This document shows, in pieces, positions 9,057 to 19,211 of a stretch of 64,000 nucleotides of DNA. The number at the start of each line of letters is the position of its first letter. The first letter of the stretch is position 1. Location: the NCBI GenBank assembly GCA_963555825.3, contig CAUVXB020000001.1, positions 1,728,001 to 1,792,000 of the forward strand, in the 5' to 3' direction. The position numbers and the translations under genes were made by a program. The notes beneath the pieces are model-generated. The model ran no database searches. It was not told the origin of the DNA and saw nothing but the letters and a program-made list of their open reading frames with translations. The stretch comes from Alphaproteobacteria bacterium. Its GTDB lineage: Bacteria; Pseudomonadota; Alphaproteobacteria; JAAXGF01.

Positions 9057-9821
9057 TCAGTTAGCAGTCGGGGTTTGACGCCTGCGGCTCTGGTTGAGCC
9101 TGTAGCTGTCACCGTTCATCTCGAGGATGTTGACGTGGTGGGTGAGGCGATCGAGGAGCGCGCCGGTGAGGCGCTCGGAGCCGAACACCTCGGTCCATTC
9201 GTCGAAGGGCAGATTGGTGGTGACCAGGGTCGAGCCCCGCTCGTAGCGTTGGCTGAACACCTCGAACAACAGCTCGGCGCCGGTCTTCGACAGCGGCACG
9301 AAGCCGAGTTCGTCGACGATCAGAAGCTTGTAGGTGGCGAGCTTCTTCTGGAACCTCAGCAGCTGCTTGTCATCGCGGGCCTCGATGAGTTCGTGGACCA
9401 GCGCGGCGGCGGTGATGAAGCCGACCGAGAGGCCCTTCTGGCAGGCCGCCAGGCCGAGACCGAGGGCGATGTGGGTCTTGCCGGTCCCACTGTTGCCGAG
9501 CGCGATGAGGTTCTCGCGGCGCTCGATGTACTCGCAGCGGGCCAGCTCCAGGACCAGCGCCTTGTTGAGCGAGGGGATGACCTTGAAGTCGAAGCTGTCG
9601 AGGCTCTTGACCACGGGGAAGCGCGCCGCCTTGATGCGCCGCTCGACCATGCGGCGCTCGCGGTCGATCAGCTCGAGCTCGGCGAGTCTCAACAGGTAGC
9701 GGACGTGATCGACGCCTTCCGAGGCGCACTGCCGGGCGATCTTGTCGTACTCGCGCAGGAAGGTCGGCAGCTTCAGCGTCTTGAGGTGGTGGGCGAGCAG
9801 CACTTGCGGTGTGTCGGTCAT
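9057..9821 (-). CDS. istB: IstB ATPase
   Basis: Identical to 890-1654. Confidence 0.95.
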   Translation of the reverse strand: MTDTPQVLLAHHLKTLKLPTFLREYDKIARQCASEGVDHVRYLLRLAELELIDRERRMVERRIKAARFPVVKSLDSFDFKVIPSLNKALVLELARCEYIERRENLIALGNSGTGKTHIALGLGLAACQKGLSVGFITAAALVHELIEARDDKQLLRFQKKLATYKLLIVDELGFVPLSKTGAELLFEVFSQRYERGSTLVTTNLPFDEWTEVFGSERLTGALLDRLTHHVNILEMNGDSYRLNQSRRRQTPTAN

Positions 9822-11317
9822 GCGCCGAGCCCCGACAGCAGGCTCATGTACGACTTGGCGGACGTCATCGCGACCCGGGCGCGCGGCAGATACGGATAGA
9901 CGTCGAGGTTGAGCCTGGGCGGCCGCCGCTCGATGCGGCACAGTACCAGGTGCTTCACCGCATCAAAGCCGATTGCGCCGAGCCGCAGGGCGTCGCCGAC
10001 CGCACCCTCGACCTCCTCGAGCCGGAAGGTCTCCAGTAGACGGAGCACCTGGACGTACTCGCGCTTGCCTGCCTTGCCCATACGAGCTTCGAGGAGCCGC
10101 CGCAGAGTGATGAAGGCCTCGGGCAGGTCCCAGCCCGCCAATGGCGCGGCCTGGTCGAGGGCGCCGATCTTCTGCTCGATCAAGGGCAGGTAATGCAGCG
10201 GGTCGAAGATCAGGTCCTCGCTGTCGTAGGACCGGCGGTGCCGGGCGATCACCTCGGCCCCGCAGCTGATCACCACCTCATCGACGTAGCCCCGGATGAG
10301 CACCTCACGGTGGCCGTAGGCCACGGGCACGGAATAGTCGTTGCTGCGGTAACGCACCAGCGACAGCGAACTCGCCCGTCCAGGGCGCTTATCGCAGGCA
10401 TCATAGGGAGCAGGCGGCAATGGCAAGAGAACTTGACGATCCCGCTCGAGACGCTCGCCGATGGTCTCCTTGTGGCCCCGCAGCCGCGCCGCCTGGCGCC
10501 GGCGGCACTGTTCGGCGAGAGCATCGTTGAGGGCCGCGAAGCTCTCGGCACGCGGGACGGGGACCAGGAAGTTCCGCCGGATGAAGCCGACCAGTCCCTC
10601 GACCTTGCCCTTGTCGTTGCCCTTGCCCGGCCGGCCGAACCTGTCCTCGAACAGATAGTGGGACTGAAGCTCCGTGAAGACGCGCGTTCGCTGCCGCTTC
10701 CCATCGCCCAGGATCCGGGCAACCGCCAGCTTGGTGTTGTCGTACAGGATGGATCGGGGGACGCCGCCGAAGAAGGCAAACGCCGCGTTGTGGCCATCGC
10801 AGAATGCTTCGGTCGTCTCCGCCGGATAGGCCGCAACAAAGCAACCATCACTGTGGGGAAGGTCGAAGGCAAGGAAGTGGATCTTCCGTAACGCGCCGCC
10901 GATCACCGCCATCGCTTCGCCGAAGTCCGCCTGGGCGTGACCGGGGGAATGGGAGAGTGGCACGAACACCTCACGCGACCGAAGCCCCTGCTCACGAACG
11001 TAGTCCTTCACGATGGTGTAGCCGCCCGTGAAACCGTACTCGTCCCGGAGGCGGTCGAAGATGCGCTTCGCAGTGTGCCGTTGCTTGCGGTGGCTGGTCC
11101 GATCGTCTTCCAAGATCCGATCGATGATTCCCGTGAACGGACCCAGCTTTGGCCGCCTCGGCGGCGCGCTTCGGCGATACCCTGGCGGCACCGAGAACGA
11201 CAGCATCTTACGGACCGTCTTGCGGTCTACACCAAACACCCGCGAGGCCTCGCGGGTGCTCATCCCCTCGACATGACACGCCCGCCGAACCCGTGCGTAC
11301 AACTCCACCCGATACAT
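9818..11317 (-). CDS. istA: IstA DDE transposase
   Basis: HTH, QADFG, LYDNTK, KGKVEGLVGFIRRNF. Confidence 0.95.
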   Translation of the reverse strand: MYRVELYARVRRACHVEGMSTREASRVFGVDRKTVRKMLSFSVPPGYRRSAPPRRPKLGPFTGIIDRILEDDRTSHRKQRHTAKRIFDRLRDEYGFTGGYTIVKDYVREQGLRSREVFVPLSHSPGHAQADFGEAMAVIGGALRKIHFLAFDLPHSDGCFVAAYPAETTEAFCDGHNAAFAFFGGVPRSILYDNTKLAVARILGDGKRQRTRVFTELQSHYLFEDRFGRPGKGNDKGKVEGLVGFIRRNFLVPVPRAESFAALNDALAEQCRRRQAARLRGHKETIGERLERDRQVLLPLPPAPYDACDKRPGRASSLSLVRYRSNDYSVPVAYGHREVLIRGYVDEVVISCGAEVIARHRRSYDSEDLIFDPLHYLPLIEQKIGALDQAAPLAGWDLPEAFITLRRLLEARMGKAGKREYVQVLRLLETFRLEEVEGAVGDALRLGAIGFDAVKHLVLCRIERRPPRLNLDVYPYLPRARVAMTSAKSYMSLLSGLGA

Positions 11318-11437
11318 CCCCCCCGCCTTCCAGTCAGAGCAACCCTGACAGAAGGCTATACGCGGTCCCATTTTGGTCCGCCGCAGCCGGATCGACCGGC
11401 CGCTTCAGTGGGGGATTATTGCTCTGCCGTTCTCACA

Positions 11438-11692
11438 GGTCGGTGATCAGCTTCCAGTCGATACGCGGGCGTCCGATCGGCTCCTCCGGCTCTCGGGCAT
11501 GCAGCACCGTGAGTACGAGCACCGGGTAGCGCTTCTGCTTGGCGATCGGCGGCCGGATGGTCATGCGGCGGTAGGAGAGTTCAACCTGGGTGGAACCGAG
11601 CTTGCCCTTGTCGTCACGGACAGCGACCCGGTGCAGCCCGCGGTGGCCGGATTAAATCGGAATCAGTGGCCGCTTTGCCTCGGAATGCGCAC
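11438..11692 (-). mobile_element. IS4/Tn5-like transposase fragment followed by an orphan IS21-type end
   Basis: Minus-strand frame MTIRPPIAKQKRYPVLVLTVLHAREPEEPIGRPRIDWKLITD; end sequence TGCGCATTCCGAGGCAAAGCGGCCACTGATTCCG. Confidence 0.6.
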
Positions 11693-11927
11693 CCGACAAG
11701 GAATCACGTTCTACTCCAATAATGCAACAAATTGGGGCAACACCCTGATAAACCCCAAGATGTGGGTAATTGAAAGGTCGTCGGAACGCTTACCCCCATC
11801 CCCCATACCCCCATACCGGTCCAACCGAACATTTACCTTTCACCCTGCGCAGTGCTGCGCACAACTTGGAAACAAAACGGTGCCTATACGGTACCTGGGC
11901 AAAACAGGGTTCTTTGCCACAAAAGAA

Positions 11928-11960
11928 AATCCCCGCCATCCTATTGGAATAGCGGGGATT
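11928..11960 (-). terminator. Hairpin downstream of the tRNA 3' fragment
   Basis: AATCCCCGC...GCGGGGATT inverted repeat. Confidence 0.5.
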
Positions 11961-11963
11961 ATT

Positions 11964-12008
11964 TGGTTGCGGGGGTTGGATTTGAACCAACGACCTTCAG
12001 GTTATGAG
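11964..12008 (-). other. 3' half of tRNA-Met(CAT), att site of an integrative element
   Basis: CTCATAACCTGAAGGTCGTTGGTTCAAATCCAACCCCCGCAACCA gives anticodon loop, T-arm and CCA; no 5' half; lies next to the integrase. Confidence 0.85.
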
Positions 12009-12197
12009 TTTCGTTACATATGGCAGACAGGGGTGCGCACACGTGCGCAGGAGTATGACAAATCGCAGTATTACACGGGATTCGGAGATTCTCTCTACGA
12101 CAGACGTACACAGGGATGCGCTCTGGTTTACCTGAAAGTGTTTGCCAATAGTTAGCCATGGTGATACATGCTCCCTCTCCCGTCAAGGAGCAATGCC

Positions 12198-13385
12198 GTG
12201 GCAAACCGCATTCCCCGTATCACCAAGCGCTCCGTCGATCCCATCAAGGTCGGTGGGACGGATACCGTCTATTGGGATGGAGAACTCACAGGCTTCGGCC
12301 TGCGTGTTCGGCGCTCGGGACGCAAGAGCTACGTCGTCCAGACCCGCATCACCGGGAAACTGTGCTGGTTCACCATCGGCCCTCACGGACCGCTGAACCC
12401 GGATCAGGCGCGTGCCCGCGCGTTGGAGATATTGGCTTGCGCGAAGAAAGGCATCGACCCGCGCGACGCAGCGGCGCAACGCGAGGCAGAGCCGAGCATG
12501 GCTGATCTCGGGCGTAGGTTCCTGGAGGAATATGTCCCAGTCCATTGCAAGCCGAGCACCCGGGAAGAGTACCGCCGTTCGGTGAGGCTGTTTGTCGACC
12601 CCGTGATCGGGGAGTTGCGGGTTCCAGAGGTGCAGCGCAAGGACATCGCCACCCTGCATCACGGCCTGCGGGACAAGCCCTATCAGGCCAACCGGACGCT
12701 CGGGGTGCTATCCAAGATGTTTTCGCTCGCCGAAGTCTGGGGCTGGCGCCCCGACGGCACCAATCCCTGCCGGCATGTCAAGCGCTACAAGGAGCACAAG
12801 CGGGAACGGTTCCTGTCGCCGGGAGAGACCGAGCGGCTGGGCCAGGTCCTGCGCGAGGCCGAAGAAGAGATGCCCTCGGCAGTAGCCGCCTTCCGCCTGC
12901 TTCTGCTGACGGGCTGCCGGATGTCGGAGATCCGGGATCTCCGCTGGCACTATGTGAAGGACGACTGTATCGAGCTTCCCGATGCCAAGACCGGCGGGCG
13001 GGTGGTGCCACTCGGTCCCGAGGCCCGCGCGGTGTTGTCAGCCATTTCCCGTGACGAGGACAATCCCTGGGTCATCGCGGGCCGCCTCCCCGGCTCTCAC
13101 CTCACCGACCTGCAACGCCCCTGGCGGCGCATCCGCAAGCAGGCGGGCCTTGAGGACGTGCGGATCCACGATTTGCGCCACTCCTTTGCCTCGCGCGCGC
13201 TGGCTCTCGGCGAGAGCCTGACCATGATCGGGAAATTGCTCGGGCATACCCAGGTGCAAACAACAGCCCGGTATGCCCATCTCGCCCGGGACTCCATCCA
13301 AACCGCAGCAGCCCGCATCACCGGAAGCATCGGCGGGAATCTCTTGGGCGGTGACGAAATGAAGCGTGCTCTCACCCGGGGATGA
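12198..13385 (+). CDS. Tyrosine integrase with arm-binding domain
   Basis: WDGELTGFGLRV arm domain, TGCRMSEI, HDLRHSFAS, LLGH...TARY; AAGGAG before a GTG start. Confidence 0.93.
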   Translation: MANRIPRITKRSVDPIKVGGTDTVYWDGELTGFGLRVRRSGRKSYVVQTRITGKLCWFTIGPHGPLNPDQARARALEILACAKKGIDPRDAAAQREAEPSMADLGRRFLEEYVPVHCKPSTREEYRRSVRLFVDPVIGELRVPEVQRKDIATLHHGLRDKPYQANRTLGVLSKMFSLAEVWGWRPDGTNPCRHVKRYKEHKRERFLSPGETERLGQVLREAEEEMPSAVAAFRLLLLTGCRMSEIRDLRWHYVKDDCIELPDAKTGGRVVPLGPEARAVLSAISRDEDNPWVIAGRLPGSHLTDLQRPWRRIRKQAGLEDVRIHDLRHSFASRALALGESLTMIGKLLGHTQVQTTARYAHLARDSIQTAAARITGSIGGNLLGGDEMKRALTRG

Positions 13386-13404
13386 GGACTCGGTGTTTGC
13401 TCCT

Positions 13405-13710
13405 TTACTTGCCGAGCGCCCGCACGACAGCTTCCGGATCACTGTCGATGACAGTCAGTAAGACACGGGCGGCACGATCCGGAACGCGGCGGCCTTGTTC
13501 CCAATCCTGCAAGGCGCGCGCATCGAGACCAAAACGATCCGCGAACTTCTGACGGCTCAGCCCCAAGCGTTTGCGAAGCGCGAGGACCCGCTCGGCGGCA
13601 GGGTCGTCGACGAACCGGCACGGCAGATCAACCTCGCCGCGCACATGGGCAAGAACCTCGCTCAGTGCCGCCTCGACCTCGCGACCGACCTGAGTTCGTT
13701 CCATATTCAT
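13405..13710 (-). CDS. HigA-like HTH antitoxin
   Basis: LSRQKFADRFGL..LQDWEQGRRVP Xre HTH; overlaps the toxin stop. Confidence 0.85.
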   Translation of the reverse strand: MNMERTQVGREVEAALSEVLAHVRGEVDLPCRFVDDPAAERVLALRKRLGLSRQKFADRFGLDARALQDWEQGRRVPDRAARVLLTVIDSDPEAVVRALGK

Positions 13711-14039
13711 TTGTCCGTCCCCCTTTTCTTGATTGCGGTCACCAGCCGTGACAGCACTTTCTTGTCCGCCGAGGTCAGATCGTCGCGATCTGCCTTAGCG
13801 TAAGCCGTCAGCAAATAGATGGCCTCCGGGCCGGAATGGTAGAAGTAGATTGTCCGTATGCCGCCCCGCTTGCCCCGGCCGGAACCCGCCCATCGCAATT
13901 TGCGAATGCCTCCCGTTCCCCGAATGACCGGCGCTTCGTCAGGGTCGGCGACGATCGCCGCCTCCATTTCCTTCCGGGCTTCCTCCGAGATCAACTTGCG
14001 AATGGCCCGTTCATAAGTGCGGGTAACGAAGAGCTGCAT
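13707..14039 (-). CDS. RelE/HigB-2-like toxin
   Basis: GTGGIRKLRW..GRGKRGGIRTIYF, LLTAYAK. Confidence 0.88.
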   Translation of the reverse strand: MQLFVTRTYERAIRKLISEEARKEMEAAIVADPDEAPVIRGTGGIRKLRWAGSGRGKRGGIRTIYFYHSGPEAIYLLTAYAKADRDDLTSADKKVLSRLVTAIKKRGTDK

Positions 14040-14048
14040 CAACGCCCA

Positions 14049-14069
14049 ATATGCGGCAATGCCGCATAT
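14049..14069. promoter_or_regulatory. TA autoregulatory operator
   Basis: Perfect 10-bp inverted repeat ATATGCGGCA-A-TGCCGCATAT just upstream of the toxin. Confidence 0.7.
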
Positions 14070-14536
14070 AATTCAAGCGCCCATTTCGTCGATGGGGTTT
14101 ACCGGACGTCGGCATAGGCCCGGAGGCACATGAACATCGCTCAGGCCGCATAAATGAAGAACGCCTGTCTGGGTTTTGGCCGCAACGTCACTTAAAGGGG
14201 GAGTTCCTCGGCGAGGATCTGAACGGAACGCTCGGCACTGCCACTGATGTAGGGCGGGTACTTCTCGTTGACGATGAGCACCTTCACCGAGCATCCCCGT
14301 TCCGGGAGATCAGGCGTCCGCGCTTCCGGAGTCCACTTCCTGCCGGCGAATGTCGACGGGACGCAGTTCGTAATGGTGATCGGCCCGCTCTTCGCCCGAG
14401 CCGCGGCCGTAGTATTGCCAAGCCGGAAAGTTGAAGTCCGCCGTCAATGATCGGGGCAGCATGAAGGCGGCACGGAGGAAGGCTTCGAGATCAGGCACGT
14501 CATACAGATTGATGTTGAATCCCCAACGCTCCACGC

Positions 14537-15342
14537 GGCGTTGTAACGTTAACCGCCATTTGGCCAGCTTGTGGGCGCCGACGCCGGAGATTATGCAACG
14601 GTCGTCACTTGCCGCCACTGTCTCATCGCGTCGCCGCGGAATTGGCGGAGTGTTCGGCGGGAGACCAGATGGCGTTGGACGTTGAAGAGGTTGTAGACGG
14701 TCGCATGGACGGCGAGGAACCGCTGCGCGGACGCGGGCGATTTGAACCGCTGCATCTTTCGCTCTCGTCGTCGCACCGGCTGATGTGAATTTTCTGCCCG
14801 ATTGTTCTTTCGCAGGCCTTGCTCATGCTGAGCCGAGAGGGCAAGCAAACGGATCGCGGCGCCGTAGGAGCGGAGTTTATCGGTTACAATCGTCGCCGGC
14901 GCGAAGCCCTGCTTCTTCAAGAGTTTCCGCATCAGCCGAATTGCCGCCCGAGCGTTCCTGCGGGATTGAACCAGGAAATCCAGGACTTCGCCCTCACTGT
15001 CCACGGCACGCCAGAGATAGAACTGCCTCCCTCGAATTACGACGACCATCTCGTCCAGGTGCCAGCGTTCGGTCGGTCGTGGCCGCCGACGTTGAATCCG
15101 CCGCGCATAGGCCCGACCGAATTTCAAGACCCATCTTCGAACTGTCTCATACGAGATGTCGAGACCACGCTCGGCAAGCAGGTCCTCAACGTCCCGATAG
15201 CTCAGCGTGAAACGGCAATAGAGCCAGACGGCATGCTGGATGATGACCGGTGGAAAGCGGTGACGACGGTAGGATATCTTGCACATCCAGAGACGCTAAA
15301 GCACCGGCCGTGCCGAAGCCACGCTGTTAACGTGACAATGCC
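14537..15342 (-). mobile_element. IS6-family element, copy 1 (transposase 14591-15286)
   Basis: GGCGTTGTAACGTTAAC / GTTAACGTGACAATGCC TIRs; WHLDE, YLWRAVD, NNRAENSH. Confidence 0.95.
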
Positions 15343-16021
15343 GCCCGTCCTCCTCGGCCTGGCTGAACTGGTTGTTGGAGGCCAGGTTGGCGAGGTCGAA
15401 CAGCGGCGTGTTCAACCCGGCATAGTCCCAGTCGATGAGCCACAGACGCTCGCCGTCGTCCATGAAATTGGCGGGCAGCAGGTCGTTGTGGCCGAAGACC
15501 ATGCGCACCGCCCCGAGCGCCGCTTCGAGCTCGGCGTTGATCGCGAGGTAGCGCGGCACCTCGCCCAGCATGCGACTATTCCCTTCACGCAGGCTGACGG
15601 CGTAGCCGCGCACCACCTGGAACACCCAAAACGCCAGCAGCGGACCCTGGTAGTGCTTGGGAATCTCGTCGTGGACGCGGCGGATCAGCGGCACGATGCG
15701 GCCCTCGCCCAGGGCCGCGCGCACCTCGGCGTCGCCATACGTCGCGCCGTCGATGAAGCGCAGCACCAGGGCGCCGGGCTCGGCATGCACCACCTCGGGC
15801 GAGACGCCGGCGGCAAAGGCCGCGCGGCTCGCCGCCAGCTCGTTGAAGCGCATGATGCCGTGGACCGGGATGTCGTCCGCGACGCGCACCACGAAGCGCT
15901 CGCCCCGGTCGGCGACCACGAAGTTGAGGTTGGTGATGCCGCCGGTCAGCGGCTCGGGCTCGACCGGGCCCGACCAGAAACTCAAACCGGCGGCCTTGGC
16001 GGTGGCGGCTTCGGCGCTCAT
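15343..16021 (-). pseudogene. Choline/ethanolamine kinase-like phosphotransferase, 3'-truncated by IS6
   Basis: GGITNLNF, HNDLLPANF, LIDWDYAG. Confidence 0.85.
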
Positions 16022-16030
16022 GAAGCTCTC

Positions 16031-18040
16031 CTACTCAAGGCCCAGCTCGCGTTTCTTGCGGCGGCTCCAGGCCGAGATCAGCCGGTCGGAGATCATCGCG
16101 ATGAAGGCGACGCAGGCGCCGGCCACCAGGCCGCGCCCGGTATCCGCCTTGGTCAGCGCGATATAGACCTCCTGGCCCAGGTCGCGGGTGCCGACCAGCG
16201 CCGTGATGACCAGCATGGAGAGGCCGAACATGATGGTCTGGTTGACGCCCAGCATGATCTCGGGCAGCGCGAGGCGCAGCTCGACCTTCCACAGCCGCTG
16301 CCAGCGGTTGCAGCCGGCCGCGGTCGCCGCCTCGATGATCGACGGCGGCACCTGGCGGATGCCGTGGTCGGTGTAGCGGATCGCCGGCACCAGCGAATAC
16401 ATCACGACCGCGATCATCGCCGAGAAGTCGCCAACCCGGAACAGCATGACGACCGGGATCAGGTAGACGAAGGCGGGCAGCGTCTGCAGCGTGTCGATGG
16501 CCACCTGGACGACGCGGTGAACGCGTTCGTTGCTCGCCGCCCAAATCCCGATCGGCATGCCGATCAGCGAGGCGAAGGCGACCGAGATGCCGACCAGATA
16601 GGTCGAGATCATTGCCTTTTCCCAGTTGCCGGTGACGACGATGAAGGTCGCCAAGCCGGCGACCAGCGCGGCCAGCCGCGCACCGCCGAGCTGCCAGCCG
16701 GCGAGCGCGAGCATGCAGATCACCGCCGGCCACGGTATCGCCAGCAGGAAGCGCTTGAACGGGATCAGGACGTTGAGCAGCAGGAACGTCTTCACCGCCT
16801 CGAGCTGGTCGAAGAAGTTGATGTTGATCCATTTGACCAGCGCGTCCCAGAACGGCCCGGTGGTCAACGACCAGGCCTCGGGGAACGACTGGATCGGCGG
16901 CACGACGATGCCGAGCGCCGTGGTGACGGCGATGATCGCGGCCGCCGCGGCGAGGTGCGGGTGGCGCTTGAGGAAGCCCGCCGCCGGGTCGCGGCGCTCG
17001 GGCGGCGGCTTGGCGGCGAACGCCTGGCTGAGCCGGTCGAGCGCGATGGCCAGCAGCGTGATCGCGATGCCCGCCTCGAGGCCGTCGCCGATCGCCAACC
17101 GGCGGAGCGAGGTCAGTACGTCGTGGCCCAACCCGCCAGCGCCGATCATCGAGGCGATGATCACCATGTTGAGCGACAGCATGATGACCTGGTTGACGCC
17201 GACCATCAGGGTCGGGCGCGCCGAGGGGATCATCACCTTCCACAACAGCTGGCGCCGCGAACAGCCCGCCATGTGGCCGAACTCGACGATCTCGGCGGCG
17301 ACCAGCTTGAGCGCCAGCATGGTACAGCGCACCATCGGCGGCATCGCGTAGATGATCGTCGCGGTCATCGCCGCGACCGGGCCGAAGCCGAACAGGAACA
17401 GCACCGGCACCAGATAGGCGAATACCGGCACGGTCTGCATGAGGTCGAGCACAGGCGTGATGATCGCCTCGGTGCGCGCGCTGCGCGCGCCCCAGATGCC
17501 GACCAGCAGGCCGCCCAATACGCCGAGCGGCACGGCGACGACGATCGACGACAGCGTCACCATCGCGCTGTCCCACTGGCCGAACACGGCGAGATAGAGG
17601 AAGCACAGTCCGACCAGCAGCGCGAGCCACTTGTCGCGCGCGTGGGCGCCAAGCATCGCGACGACCGCGACGACGGCGATCCACGACAGCCGCGGCAGGC
17701 GGTAGACGACGTCCTCGTCGGCGCCGAAGACGAGCTTGAATCCCGAGGCGAGCAGGCCATCGGCCGCCTCGAGCGGCCAGGTCAAAAGCCATGCGATCGA
17801 ACGCGTCAGCTCCTTGAAGGTGAACAGGCCGAGATCGGCGCTGTTGATAAGCCATTTCATGAAACCGCTGATCCAAACGCGCAGCGGCACGACCCAGTCG
17901 CGCGGGTACTTCGCCGCCCAGGGCAGGTACTCGACCGCGGCGTAGAGCGCGACGGTGAGCAGCAGCGCGATCGCCCAGGCGATCGCCCAGCGGCTGGGCC
18001 GCGCGAATGGCGCGCGGGCGGTCTGGCTCGCCAGGCTCAC
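16031..18040 (-). CDS. Glycine betaine/TMAO-type ABC transporter permease (fused double ProW)
   Basis: Two QT(V/L)P.F.YL.P modules and two GVNQ.IM motifs. Confidence 0.9.
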   Translation of the reverse strand: MSLASQTARAPFARPSRWAIAWAIALLLTVALYAAVEYLPWAAKYPRDWVVPLRVWISGFMKWLINSADLGLFTFKELTRSIAWLLTWPLEAADGLLASGFKLVFGADEDVVYRLPRLSWIAVVAVVAMLGAHARDKWLALLVGLCFLYLAVFGQWDSAMVTLSSIVVAVPLGVLGGLLVGIWGARSARTEAIITPVLDLMQTVPVFAYLVPVLFLFGFGPVAAMTATIIYAMPPMVRCTMLALKLVAAEIVEFGHMAGCSRRQLLWKVMIPSARPTLMVGVNQVIMLSLNMVIIASMIGAGGLGHDVLTSLRRLAIGDGLEAGIAITLLAIALDRLSQAFAAKPPPERRDPAAGFLKRHPHLAAAAAIIAVTTALGIVVPPIQSFPEAWSLTTGPFWDALVKWININFFDQLEAVKTFLLLNVLIPFKRFLLAIPWPAVICMLALAGWQLGGARLAALVAGLATFIVVTGNWEKAMISTYLVGISVAFASLIGMPIGIWAASNERVHRVVQVAIDTLQTLPAFVYLIPVVMLFRVGDFSAMIAVVMYSLVPAIRYTDHGIRQVPPSIIEAATAAGCNRWQRLWKVELRLALPEIMLGVNQTIMFGLSMLVITALVGTRDLGQEVYIALTKADTGRGLVAGACVAFIAMISDRLISAWSRRKKRELGLE

Positions 18041-19131
18041 TTGCCGTCCTCGGCGCCGTCGTCGGCGGTCCTGCGCACCAGCACGTCGAGCACCGCCTCG
18101 CGGGTCAGCTGGCCGATCACCTTGCCGTCGCCGTCGGTCACCGCTACGGGGCGGTCCTGGTCGACGACGCGCGCGGCGAGGTCCTCGATCTTGGTCGCCG
18201 CCGCGACGCTGCCGGCGAAGTCGGCGCCGGGCGCGGCGGGCGCCATCACCGAGCGCGCCGACAGCACCTTGGCGCGCGGGATCTCACGAGTGAACTCGGC
18301 GACGTAGTCGGTCGCCGGATCGGTCACCAGGTCCTCGGGTGTGCCGATCTGGATGATCGCGCCATCCTTCATGATGGCGATGCGGTCGGCGAGGCGAATC
18401 GCCTCGTCGAAATCATGGGTGATGAACACGATGGTCTTGTGCAGGACGCCCTGGAGGCGCAGGAACTCGTCCTGCATCTCGCGCCGGATCAGCGGATCGA
18501 GCGCCGAGAACGGCTCGTCCAAGAGCCATATCTCGGGCTCGACGGCGAGCGAACGCGCGATGCCGACACGCTGCTGCTGGCCGCCCGAGAGCTCGCGCGG
18601 GTAATAGGCCTCGCGGCCGGCCAGACCGACCAGCTCGATGACCTCGCGGGCGCGCGCCTCGCGCGTCGCGCGGTCGACCCCCTGGACCTCGAGCGGAAAG
18701 GCGACGTTGCCGAGCACGCTGAGGTGCGGCAGCAGGGCGAAGTGCTGGAACACCATGCCCATCTTGTGGCGGCGGATTTCGATCAGCGCCTTGGCGGACG
18801 CCTTAAGGAGGTCCTCGCCCTCGAAGACGACCGCGCCGGCGGTCGGCTCGATGAGCCGGGACATGCAGCGCACCAGCGTCGACTTGCCCGAGCCCGACAG
18901 CCCCATGATGACGAAGATCTCGCCGTCGCCGACGGCGAAGCTCGCGTCACGCACCGCGCCGATCAGGCCGGCCTCGTCGAGCGCCGCGTCGCTCGGCGCG
19001 TGATCGTGCGCCGCGAGGAAACGCTCGGCGCCCGTGCCGAACAGCTTCCAGACGCCGCGGCAGGTGATCTTGGCGTCGGGCGGCGATGCGCCGTTCTGCC
19101 CCGCCGCCGGTGTCGGCCCGGTTGCCGCCAT
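18037..19131 (-). CDS. ProV-like ABC ATPase
   Basis: GLSGSGKS, LSGGQQQRVG, DEPFSALDPLIR. Confidence 0.92.
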   Translation of the reverse strand: MAATGPTPAAGQNGASPPDAKITCRGVWKLFGTGAERFLAAHDHAPSDAALDEAGLIGAVRDASFAVGDGEIFVIMGLSGSGKSTLVRCMSRLIEPTAGAVVFEGEDLLKASAKALIEIRRHKMGMVFQHFALLPHLSVLGNVAFPLEVQGVDRATREARAREVIELVGLAGREAYYPRELSGGQQQRVGIARSLAVEPEIWLLDEPFSALDPLIRREMQDEFLRLQGVLHKTIVFITHDFDEAIRLADRIAIMKDGAIIQIGTPEDLVTDPATDYVAEFTREIPRAKVLSARSVMAPAAPGADFAGSVAAATKIEDLAARVVDQDRPVAVTDGDGKVIGQLTREAVLDVLVRRTADDGAEDGK

Positions 19132-19211
19132 TTCTCTCACTCTCGCCTAAAGCGAAGCGCGCCGCAGGACCATTGCGGGTCCGGCGGCGCAGGATCGGAA
19201 GACGCGCCCGC

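Larger units (their letters stand above)
8866..11437 (-). mobile_element. IS21-family element, complete
   Basis: TGTCAATGGCGGAGC...GCTCTGCCGTTCTCACA ends; istA plus istB; no TSD. Confidence 0.95.

Noticed and set aside
11964-12008. Functional tRNA-Met gene
   Set aside because: The D-arm and 5' acceptor strand are absent; it is an att duplication
14819-18307. 1162-aa plus-strand ORF and similar long antisense ORFs (2026-3723, 34636-36798, 41814-43142)
   Set aside because: Shadow frames of high-GC genes on the opposite strand; some cross IS boundaries
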